Shown one piece after another: positions 11,872 through 22,190 of a stretch of 64,000 bases of DNA (positions within the stretch are counted from its first letter, which is position 1; each line of letters starts with the position of its first letter). This DNA comes from Harriotta raleighana (lineage: Eukaryota), in the NCBI GenBank assembly GCA_050575255.1, contig JBNZDD010013683.1, forward strand, positions 310,001-374,000, read 5' to 3'. The translations under genes were made by a program, and so were the position numbers. The notes below the pieces were generated by a model. The model worked only from the letters and a program-made list of their open reading frames with translations, did not search any database and was not told the DNA's origin.

Positions 11872-14087
11872 CATTTGAGACTTTTAAACATTTTGCTTTG
11901 TGCAATCCGTGATTTACAACACTCTTTGAATGTATAGTTTCATATACATAGATTTACCGTTTTTAATTCAGAATTCAGGGTGCAACAGCAACAGCAATTT
12001 GCACTCGTAATGCCCCCCCCCCACCCCACTCACGCACAAAACCTTGTGATTTCATACTCAATTGGGCCCTTTAGTGAGAGAAGCACCAAGTGGAAGCTGG
12101 ATATCTTTCCACACAGAGAGAGAAGATAAATCACTTTTACTTTCCTAACAATTTGTTTGGAGTGGGGTTGGCAGAAATATACCCTGGGACCATCAACTTG
12201 GGAATAATGTGGGTGGAATTTAAAGGAGGGGAGAAAATATCCTTAAAACAGAACAGAAAACATATTTGAAAATGAAATGAGATCACTAGCAAGCTTAGTT
12301 GTGAGTGAATTATAAATATAAGGAGGTATAATTTTTTTTTAACCATTGGTCAAAAACAGTATGAAAGGCTTCTAACTTAAAGACATGACTGAAATAAGTT
12401 TGGATCATCTGTTGTACTGACGACATTAGCCTGATACATCTCCATTAGATGTATAACCTGAGGCATGGTTGGCAGCTTGTCATTATTGTGATGTATCTTT
12501 GTGAGTAAGCAATTTCTGCATGCTGTTAGGACCACAAGTTAAATGAATTTGGAAATAGCTTATCTACGGGACTGTGTCCAACCCAAATCTCTGCAATTTA
12601 ATATCCATAACATTAGACTAAAGTCTGTTTCAGGGCTGTGTGGAGGAGGATTACCTTGGTTGCCGAGCAGAAGCATCCACAAGTGAAATGAGTTTCTGTC
12701 AATCCCTTGTTTTATCTCACAGCAGGAATGATTCCTTCACTTTAAGGCACCCGAAATGCATTGCAGCTTCAGTGAACAGATGTTCGGAGCTCATAACAAT
12801 CTCAGTTTGAACATTGCAATGGGATTGCTAAAAGGCATTCCCCTTTTACAGTGCAAGCTATGAATTGATCAGTCCCTAAACTGGCTTTCCCATTAACTGC
12901 CAGAAATGTGATGGCATCCATTTTTCACAACTGAAACAGTCATTACGAGTATCCAAAACTTTAAAGAAGTTCATAATTTATGGATTTTCCCCCATAACGT
13001 TAAAACACAGGAAAACAAGGAAGAACGAAAGCATCAAGCTCGCTTTGAATGTTGATCTCTACACTTGATCTGCAATCTTATTTCAGCACCTTGGGAAGTC
13101 TTCCCGACGTGAAAAGTGCTATGAAAATGTAGTTTTGTTGTTTTTATTCTTGCATTCCAAACAAACAATTGGATTATTCTTTGGCTTGGGCTAATAAAGA
13201 GGCAGAAGTCGGTAAGGTGTGTAAAAGCAATTCTTAAAGCAACATTTGTAAATAGAAACCAGTTTAAAAGAATCCACCCTTGCTGTACTAGATCTTATGT
13301 ATCAAATAGTTTGTGAAGTGTGAGGTAAGGTCTAAAACATTTTAGAAATGAGATCCCAGTTTCTGCAAACCATTGTTTCCTTGTTTGCCATGTTGTAAAA
13401 TGCTCTTCAGTGTTTAAAATACCGGAGGAAAAGGAGAACCTTTACGATCAGAAGTGCCACTTTTATTTCTTTTCAAATACAGTACTTGCACAACATGAGT
13501 ACAATAGCAACGTCTTAACACACACAGCACCAAAAGTAAAGACTTTCTTCCAAAAAGTTAGCACTGAATGATTAGATGTTTTGCACCATACTAAATTCAA
13601 GGCAATAGCACCAACATAACGCTGACTAAATTTGCCCCAAACCCCAAACAATTAAACCTTACAGTTAGATGATTTTCATTGTTTTCCTACTGAGAGAACA
13701 TTTCAGATTTATTGCATTGAAATAGGTCCCATTGCTCTTTGGATCCTGAGAATCTTATCCAATTCCTTATGCTAAACAGCGACTTTACTAGAAATGATGC
13801 ACAGTTTGCTTTACCAAATACTAAAACAACACATATTTAAACGTTCTAATTTACATTAACATATTGGATGTTGCATGCAAATTACCCAATTTACAATAAT
13901 CCACAGGCTATTTGTTTACAAACTACTACATGTGCAATACATGGCCTTATGTTTAATTTCAAGTGCAGGTTAAATGCTGAAGTAGGGTTCAGGAAACTGG
14001 CAAATAATTCCAAACATCACTTTTAAACTTGCTCTGCTGTTGATCTATTTTTTAAGTGAAGCCATCCCGCTGAAAGAGTTCTCAATT

Positions 14088-15650
14088 TCATTCAAACAGT
14101 CTCTTCAGAAAGCTTTTCTTCATCGGTGTCTTCTTCAGACTGGCCGGCGACTTTTTACGCGGGGATTTCATTGGCGTCCGTTTCATTATCTTTATCTTCC
14201 TCTCCGGGGTTTTAAGTCCTTTCTCAATACAATGAACATTGCAAAAGTACTTGGTCTTCTCCTGAGAAAGCTGTATCAGCTCTATCTCTGAGAGACCCAT
14301 ACACTGGGCGTGTACCCAGTGCCCACCGCCTCCTCCACTGGAGCAGAAGATCATAGCCGGTTTATTGAGTTCTGTGGAGTAGTAAGGGACCCAAGTGTTG
14401 ACATTTATGCTACAGGTTACAATGCACTTAATCCAGTAACCTTCCTCATCACCATTGTCCAAGTACACTTCGTCGTCGCTATAATCATGGGTTTCAATGA
14501 CAAAGCGAAATTCTTCGGAATCCTCGAATGCGCTAGACTCCTCTGGATCAGTAAAGGATTCCTGGCTGGAAAGGATGCGTCTTCTCCCCTCTGGCTGTCC
14601 GAAAGTTGCAATGTAGAAGTAATTTGCTTCAGATATATCTGGCTTGTTTTCCCCAGGAATACCTATTAATACCGCTCGGTTTCCCATGTCACTGCCAAAC
14701 CAACTTTTGCTAGCTCTGAGATCACTGGTCCATGCTGGGGGTTCCTTGTCCAAGATCTGAATGTTGTCGTATTCAAGCCGGATGGTGTTACAAGCCATTC
14801 GCTTCTGAGTCTCCGATTCATAGCCCCCCAGAATTACAAACTCATTGCTGCCAGCCTGGGTCATGATTGCACTTGATACGGAGATGCCGTTATTGAGGAC
14901 TGTGCAGCTGATACTCGGATGTGGGCCTGACAGATCAACCCGTAGGCTAAGCAATCGTGGAGGACGGTGATTCATTCCTATGGAATGACCACCCAATATG
15001 TAGATGGTATCATTTTTGGCTACTGACACGTGGAATGAAAACCCCTCATTGATCTCTGGAAGCACATGGGATGTGCAGTGGCTGGTGCTCAAATCTATCA
15101 TGTATACATGCGGTGTGCAATCCACTACACTGTTCCAGTTCTCTGTGGTTCTTTGTCCAGGAGGTCGATAATATCTACCCCCAACCAAGATGCACATGGT
15201 TTGTCCCTTGCTTTGAACCACATTAATGGTGTGACCATATCTTCCTTGGGGGACATTTCCTTTAAGATCCTTTTCAATGCAACAGAGCAACGTTCTCTTA
15301 CTACCGGTATTGCTAACCATCATGAGGTACAGTAGATCAGACAACTCATTGTTTGGCATTCTGCCGCCATGAATGAGGTAAATAGGGCTTTTTGATTCTA
15401 AGGGATCTGAGTAATGAGTGATTGCAGGACAACGTAGTGGTGGCAGGTAACAAGAGTCACTAGAGAATGAAACTGCTTTGAGTTTTAGGTCTTGATCTTT
15501 GATGCGGAGCAGGAAAACTCCAGAGGAGCAGGATCTTTTTGGCCATCCTTTCTGGCCAAAAAGAAACACTTCGTCATTGAAATTCATTAGAGAGAACCCA
15601 GGATGTATCAGTGCACCACTGGCAACGACTGAAATCATTTGAAGGGCCAT
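14088..15650 (-). CDS. RAG2: V(D)J recombination-activating protein 2, 520 aa, single coding exon
   Basis: Kelch core (FGQKGWPKRSC, CYLPPLRCPA, RYGHT), hinge FEDSEEF, PHD GYWIKC..TC...PAMIFC...HWVHAQC...YFCNVH, T490-equivalent TPER, C-terminal KKSFLKRLFE. Likely acceptor tctcttgcttccaaag| puts the exon start at 15675. Confidence 0.99.
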   Translation of the reverse strand: MALQMISVVASGALIHPGFSLMNFNDEVFLFGQKGWPKRSCSSGVFLLRIKDQDLKLKAVSFSSDSCYLPPLRCPAITHYSDPLESKSPIYLIHGGRMPNNELSDLLYLMMVSNTGSKRTLLCCIEKDLKGNVPQGRYGHTINVVQSKGQTMCILVGGRYYRPPGQRTTENWNSVVDCTPHVYMIDLSTSHCTSHVLPEINEGFSFHVSVAKNDTIYILGGHSIGMNHRPPRLLSLRVDLSGPHPSISCTVLNNGISVSSAIMTQAGSNEFVILGGYESETQKRMACNTIRLEYDNIQILDKEPPAWTSDLRASKSWFGSDMGNRAVLIGIPGENKPDISEANYFYIATFGQPEGRRRILSSQESFTDPEESSAFEDSEEFRFVIETHDYSDDEVYLDNGDEEGYWIKCIVTCSINVNTWVPYYSTELNKPAMIFCSSGGGGGHWVHAQCMGLSEIELIQLSQEKTKYFCNVHCIEKGLKTPERKIKIMKRTPMKSPRKKSPASLKKTPMKKSFLKRLFE

Positions 15651-15966
15651 TGTTCCACTGGGGTGACTGTGTTACCTTTGGAAGCAAGAGACATACAGAC
15701 ATGATTAAAATTGAGGTAAAAACAGACAAGTTTATCAAAAGATGGCAGGATGTTTTGCAGATGGTCCAGCCAGAAATTAAAAGATGTGTGTAGCTCAAAG
15801 CCCACCAAAGACTAGCCATTGAGCACTTTGAGATGTCGTATCAACAAAGTGATAAGGTGCTATACCAAATGCAATGATTATTGTTATATTACTTTAAGAG
15901 TAGGCCAATATTTAGATGGGGGGTAGGGGAGTGGGGGGCGACTCATTTGCAGGTTTAAATGATTGT

Positions 15967-16263
15967 GGAGGCCTGTAGCTCAGTGGTTAAAGCACTCGCC
16001 TCACAAGCGCAAGACCTGGGTTTGATTCCCGACCAGGGCAAAACCTTGGGCAAGTTTCCTTACTCCACACACCTGTGAATAATCCCTCAAGAAAAGCCAA
16101 TAATAAAATTAGTCACTTCGATCCTACGACTGTTTGTGGGACAATGCTGTGCGTAATTGGCTGCCGCATTTCGTCTCAACGTTTCGCTTTGAGACGTTGT
16201 CTCAACAACATTGAAAAGCGCTATATCGGATGCAAGGATTATTATTATTATATTATTATCATT
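15967..16263 (+). mobile_element. tRNA-derived SINE
   Basis: A box TAGCTCAGTGG, B-box-like GGTTTGATTCC, central tgtttgtgggac...gctgtgcgtaattggctgccg, tail tgcaagga(TTA)n. Confidence 0.8.
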
Positions 16264-16309
16264 AGCACAAAAATTAAGCACCAGCCCATAGTGCAACCAG
16301 AGAGAGAGA

Positions 16310-16510
16310 GAGAAAAACGCCCAATTGGGCGTGAAAAAACCCGTGAAACCCGCCCAATCTGCGCGATAGCCGGCATCGCGTGGCCTGATGGGAATTGTAG
16401 TCAATGCGAAGGGGGTCTGGGTGTGGGGAATGGAGGAGGGGAAAGAGGCCTGGACTACATGTCCCGGCGAGCACCGCGCCGGCTGACTGGTTGCTAAGCA
16501 GCCGGGAGCA
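16310..16510. promoter_or_regulatory. IFTAP: CpG-island promoter of IFTAP/NWC, inside the inferred RAG2 intron
   Basis: The clearest GC/CpG-dense island outside the CDSs. Two oppositely oriented ZNF143 motifs (GGGAATTGTAGT 16390-16401; ACTACATGTCCCGGCGAGC 16454-16472), CCAAT boxes, and an RFX X-box GTTGCTAAGCAGC 16490-16502. Confidence 0.8.
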
Positions 16511-16580
16511 GCGGGAGGAGAGGGGGAGAGACAGAGGGGGGAGTGAAGCCGCCATTAAAGGGAAAGATACGAAATCCAAG
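16500..16580 (+). other. IFTAP: Candidate IFTAP non-coding exon 1 (start approximate), GC donor
   Basis: AAG|GCAAGT at 16580/16581 is a consensus GC-type donor at the 3' edge of the island. Confidence 0.55.
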
Positions 16581-16638
16581 GCAAGTTGATGTGATGTCTA
16601 GCCGCTCAATAAACTGCAGGGTGGAGAGCTTTTTGCGA

Positions 16639-16886
16639 AGTGTGTGTGTGTGTGTGTGTGTGTTTGTTTGTGTGTGGTATTTCTGTGTGTGTGTGTATAC
16701 GTGATTGTGTGTTTCTGTATGTGTATGTGTCCCTGTGTGTGTGTGTATATCTTTTTGTGTGTGTGTCTCTCTGTATGTGTTTGTGTGTGGTGTTTCTGTG
16801 TGTACGTGTGCACATGTGTATCTGTGTGTGTGTGTGTGTATTGTGTGTGTGTGTATTTGTGTGTGTGTGTATGTGTGTGTGTGTGT
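16639..16886. repeat. Degenerate (GT)n microsatellite
   Basis: About 250 bp of interrupted TG repeats; explains the spurious CV/HT-rich ORFs. Confidence 0.95.
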
Positions 16887-17008
16887 TTAAAAAGTGGATC
16901 CAAAAAAAATGGTGGAGCCCCCGGCCCCCTAGACATCCATCAAACCAAGCGTCTGGCCCACAACACAACATGACACACAATTGGATTCACTCTGTGTGGA
17001 TGTGTTGT

Positions 17009-17245
17009 GGAGACCTGTAGCTCAGTGGTGAGAACACGCGCCGTATTACAGGCGTGAGAACCTGTGTTTCGAATCCAGGCAGGTCAAGACGAAACCAAGT
17101 TTCCTTTCTCCCCCTCCCTCCCCCACCACACACACACACACACTCCTGATAATGATTCTGTGAAGCGCTTCGAGACGTCTAGAAGATGTGAAAAGTATAT
17201 ATATCAAATGCAAGGATTCTTCTTCTTATTATTATTATTCTTATT
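17009..17245 (+). mobile_element. tRNA-derived SINE, internally deleted
   Basis: ggagacctgtagctcagtgg...gtttcgaatcc head and caaatgcaaggatt tail. Confidence 0.7.
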
Positions 17246-20200
17246 GCTGATGTCAAGCACTTTGAGGAGCCTCAACAAAGTCTCAACAAACCTATCCAGG
17301 GGGATTGGATTATAAGATAATAAATCCAAATTTACCAGGATTTTATGAGTGAATGAATCAATACTATCGTAAATTAAATAATAATAATAATCAATTGGAT
17401 TTTTTATTTTCAATCCACGGTTGTTTTGTGAGGGCGACGATGCTGCCGCCACTGTGCAGGATTGGCGTGTGAAATGGGTCATTTGACAGATTGTGGAAGG
17501 CTGTGTGGGAAGTGGTACTGCACTGAAAGATTTGTCTGAAAATATTGATGAAATATCCAATGCCAACAGGAAAAAAGCATGTACATCTTTTTTACCCCTG
17601 GGGGTACTGTATGTTGTTGATGGATAAGGTTTGAAGGCACTGTGTAGACTAGCAGACCCTGGACTAACTTGTGACTAAATACTCGGGGATTGGGGGAGAG
17701 GTAAGCAGGTTCTCCTTGGAACTCTGCTGGCTCCAAGGTGACAATGATTAGCAAAGGAATATCAAAATCAAGTCAACCCTTTGTGATGATCTCAATGGCC
17801 CAGTTCTGGAGTCAGTCAGGTCCCTAGTATTCCCAGTCATTGCTGATTATAGACTAGATATGATGCCACCAATGACTTTGGATGAGGAAGTAATGTTGAT
17901 TGGGACACTGGATGAAATTCTCTATTTCTTTGACTTTTCATATTCAATCGAAGGAACAGAACAAATAGATTAAACCCTTCTCAGAAGGACGGCACCATTA
18001 ATAATATTTTTCTTACACAGTACTGCATTGAAGTATTACCCTGGATTGCTTTCTCCTCTGATCCAATGGAAGACTGACAAAAGGCATCTGGTTTGGCACA
18101 AGGGTGTACAGCACTGACTTTATTCATTTTCAGCAAGTTCAGGTAATTGATGTGTCTCTTAATTCGTCAATCACTACCAGTTTATTCAAATGACATATAA
18201 CAATAATTTTAAAATATATTATTTTGACATGAATATTATTTTCAAATGACATGTAACAATAATTTTGAAATATATTATTTTTAAACATGTTGTCTTTTAA
18301 TTTAACATGCTTTACATTTAATGTGCTTTACTCTTTCATCACTGTTAATATTAGAAGGTAAAGTATGTTTGCTGAATTATTTCAAGGAACCTGTTTCAGT
18401 CAATGAATCATTGTGTAACATTTGACATTTTATAGCTTGCAGTGAATGTCTGAAGATTGTGATCTTCTTAATTCCATTAGTGCTACTCTCTGTTGTTACA
18501 TAACTGTGAGCACACAGGTTTGTCCAGTATTATTAATTACAAGTCTTTTGTCTGCCTTTTCTGTCTTTGATTTCTACCATTATGCACCACCCTCTGGTGA
18601 ACAGTGTATTTCATTTCTCATTTGATCTTTCATCAGCTTGTGTGCTCCCTATAGATGAAGACCACATAAAGCTTTGAAAGTGGTTTCACCTTTACAAGAG
18701 AACACAAGTACAGTACTGTATTAACTACACTTTGGACCTAGCTGCTGTGTTTCAGTGGCAAACCTAAAGTACAGTTCATTCAGGTGGGAGATCATAGAGG
18801 TAAGAAATAATGGCGCACCAAATAATGGTGTTAACCACTGGGCCACCTGCTCTGCTGAGTAATCGAATTTTCAAGTCTTGTTTACTTTGACAAAAAGCCC
18901 TTTAAAGAATCTAGCTGGCTTCAAACAACCACAGCACTAAAACACCTGGTCTTATCCTTTATTCAGTAAAGCTGATGATAATGTTACCTCTTAATTTCTT
19001 GAACTGTATACGCATTTTGTGCAACTTTTGTTCAGTGTGAAGTTTAAACTCTGGAATTTTTAGATAAATGTCCTGACCGACATTATTATTGTTCCCTTAA
19101 AAAACAACTTAGAACCTTAATACTTAATCTTAATACTTGTAGATGGTTGACTGGGAACGGCTAAACTGCTGTTTGTGTAAGTTAAGCAAGGAAGTTTGTA
19201 TTAGGACTCAGGGATCAATACCTAACTCTTTATTGTGAAACAGATATTCTATATCCTTGGCATATATTAATATATGACCTTGTGGTGTCCTTGGGGTCCA
19301 ATAGCTATGGAATTGTTGTGGGATTGTTATTTACTAACATCACACCTTCTGCATCAATTCAAAGAGTGAGCAGTTGGTCACAACATCGCAGTTCACTCAT
19401 CACTGAATGAATAACTTCTGATGTCAACATCACTCATATCTAAGTTGACAAGAGGATCTAATATTGCAGCTGAAATTGACTAACATCATTTTTTAATTCC
19501 AGTGATGTAGCTTTGATTGGCAAAGTTAATTACATCCGTGCAGAGAAATGTTAGAGGTATATTGATTGGTACAATAGGGTAGCGTATTTCTTTCATTAAT
19601 GCAATATGCACATGACAAATATGGCAATTTATGCAACAAGGAATGATATTTCATGAGAAGGTAGTCTGGTTGGTTTTCTGGAAGGTTGAGATCAAGTGAA
19701 TTAAAAGTTCTTCACACAAGCATCTTGTGATGATAAATGGTGTGGGGGGAGTGGAGAGAGAATCACCATAATCTGATTCATCTTATAATGTAGCTTTTGG
19801 ACAAGCATATTTATAGATTTGTAGAGAATATGGCATTATTTTTTAGGGAAAATCAAAATAGAGAAAAGATATTTCCTGATATCTTGGGTATAAATTGTGG
19901 TGTTTTGCTTTGCCACTGCTAATAGACTGTATTAGATGTATTTCAAGCAATCTTCTCCCTTTCCACGGTAAATGTAGTACCACTACCAATGAAATCATCA
20001 GTGAAGTTCGTACATTTTGAATTAATCAATTTCTAATGCAGGGTTTCTCATATTTAAAACTTTTAGGCGTATAGCACTATTTGTTTTTAGTCAAAACTGA
20101 TCAGAGATTTGTAGTTGTTGGCATTTAAGGATATACATAAAAAGGACATAATCATGTACCCCCACTTGTGTCATGCAGACTTACAGTTGTGTGTTTTGGA

Positions 20201-20635
20201 TTACATATGTTACTAATAGTGTATTATCCTGGCTACTGAAGGAAAAAAAATTCTGGAAAAATATCTAGAATCGTAGTTTATAAAGTACTGTGCCTTCAAT
20301 TGAATAGTTGTTTTTCCTATTTTCTAAAATTGTCCCCACAAATATCTAACACAATAGCAACCACACTTGCAATGACTCAGTGATAATATGTATAGATTAG
20401 GTGAGTTCACAGAAACTTTTTTTTTCCTGGATAAGCAATCAGTTATACAGCTATGCCTCAATACATTAATTATAACGTAGGGTCTATTTGAATGGGTTGC
20501 TTTCGATAACATCCATTGCAATAACAATTGTTCAATAGAGTTTAGTAAGTTTTATCCTGTAATTTGTCTTTTTACACATTGGCTTACTAACAGGTAAATA
20601 CAAATAGACACAACATTTCGGCAGGTCATCCTTAC

Positions 20636-20895
20636 CTCTAATATGAAGATAATGTTGATATCTAATGGATCTCTTCAGGGAATGTTATCTGTATGCTTTA
20701 AGAGACTGAACTTGCTTGTAAGAATTAGAAGGTGAAACACTAGGTTAACGTGCAGCTTACAAACGATTTAGATGATCGTGAAAGTTTGCAGCTGGTGTAG
20801 ACAGGACCAAGCACTTCTCAGATGAGGGTAACTGTTTGTCTGTGCGCAACAAATGCAGCAGAGATGTGGTATGTTGTAAAGGTGCAAGATAACAA
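20636..20895 (-). promoter_or_regulatory. RAG2: Candidate RAG2 promoter and non-coding exon 1
   Basis: Minus-strand donor GAG|GTAAGG (exon end 20636). Upstream: E-boxes CAGCTG 20789 and CAGATG 20819, MYB TAACTG 20829, RUNX TGTGGT 20865, GATA AGATAA 20887. Confidence 0.4.
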
Positions 20896-21554
20896 GGACG
20901 CACTTGCTTACATCACTTTGTTTGCAATATCTTCCTTATACAATGTTCATTTATATTTGTACTCTCAAAAAGGGTATAGATGCCACTGGGCAGCCCAAAT
21001 TTTATTTGTCCATTGTTAATTTAATTATACATCTGATTTAAATGTAATTTAAGCCATTAAAGTGTTAGACTTAAAAGTGTTTTCCTTGCATCTCAAGTAG
21101 TTCCAGATTGTGTGGAATGTAATGGGAGATAAAGATGTCATGCTATGACCAGGCTGCAATGATCGTACTTTTTTACAGTACAGATTTTATTCAGCATCTA
21201 GTCACTAAATCATGCATTCAATTGATTCATCAATATAGTCTTAAACTGAGTACCAATGTATGTTCAGTTACATTCTAGTATCTGTACTAAGGGGTATTGA
21301 TGGAAAAGACTTCAGGCCTTACTTGGGGATTCAGTTGGAAATATCATTTTGCCTTAATTCACCAAATATAATCACCGTTAACCCTATGCTTGCTCTATTG
21401 ATTCATTTAATAATCATTTTTGAAACCTATCTTTCTGGAAGAGTACTGGAGATCTATGCTGAACAATTTCACAAGAGCCTGTCCCCCGACCTCTGACCTC
21501 CTAACCTCCTTCCAATGCCTGCTCAATGGGCTCTGGCCTGCTTCACATCCCCAG

Positions 21555-21848
21555 CTTTACCCGCTCTACCCTTGGCAGGTGGGCCTTTAGCCATTCTGCC
21601 GCCACCCTTTGGACCTCTGTCCTGCAGTCCCCCCACCTAGCCCCATCCCTTGCCTCCTTCAAGACCCACCTCAAGACCCTCCTCGTTGACTGCTTTTGAT
21701 CAACCTCATTCCACCCCTCATCCCCACCACCCCAGCACTCTATCCTCTTCAATCCCTAGCCCCAGTACGGATCCGTAATACAGACTGTCCAGCGCCTTGG
21801 GACGTTCTCTTGACGTGAAAGGCAAACGTAATTTTGCTGTTGTTGTGT
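21555..21848 (+). mobile_element. L2 LINE 3' fragment, diverged
   Basis: cctccttcaagacccacctcaagacc and the gggacgttctcttgacgtgaaagg...(TTG) tail. Confidence 0.7.
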
Positions 21849-21889
21849 TGTCTGTTACTCATTCAAGACATTGAAGGCACTGCAGCAAA

Positions 21890-22190
21890 TAATAATAATA
21901 TCTCGCATTTGATATAGCACCTTATCACATCTTCTAGACATCTCAAAGTATGTCACAGAATGTACAGTAAATAATAATAATAATAATCCTTGCATTTGAT
22001 ATAGCGCTTTTCACATTTTATCAACGTCCCAAAGCGCTTCACAGAATATACTGTAAAGTGAATTGACTGTATATTTGTGGGCGGAACGCGGCAGCCAATT
22101 GCGCACAGCAGTGTCCCACAAACAATCGTGGATTGAAATGACCAATTTTATTATTGTGTTTTTTTTTTGATGGATTATTATTGGCAAAAT
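21890..22190 (-). mobile_element. SINE 3' half preceded by a second SINE tail
   Basis: 21971-22180 is nearly identical to 57981-58195; an extra tail copy lies at 21890-21970. Confidence 0.8.

Noticed and set aside
15967-16040. tRNA genes at SINE heads (also 17009, 33922, 58240-58307)
   Set aside because: Each continues into a SINE body and tail, so these are tRNA-derived heads, not tRNAs.
16598-17020. Cys/Val- and His/Thr-rich ORFs
   Set aside because: Translations of the (GT)n microsatellite.
17419-17456. Cryptic RSS on minus: CACAGTG, 22-bp spacer, AAAACAACC (7/9 nonamer match)
   Set aside because: It lies in a decayed SINE fragment, the nonamer is mismatched at an important A, and such hits are expected by chance. 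An RIC score would settle it.
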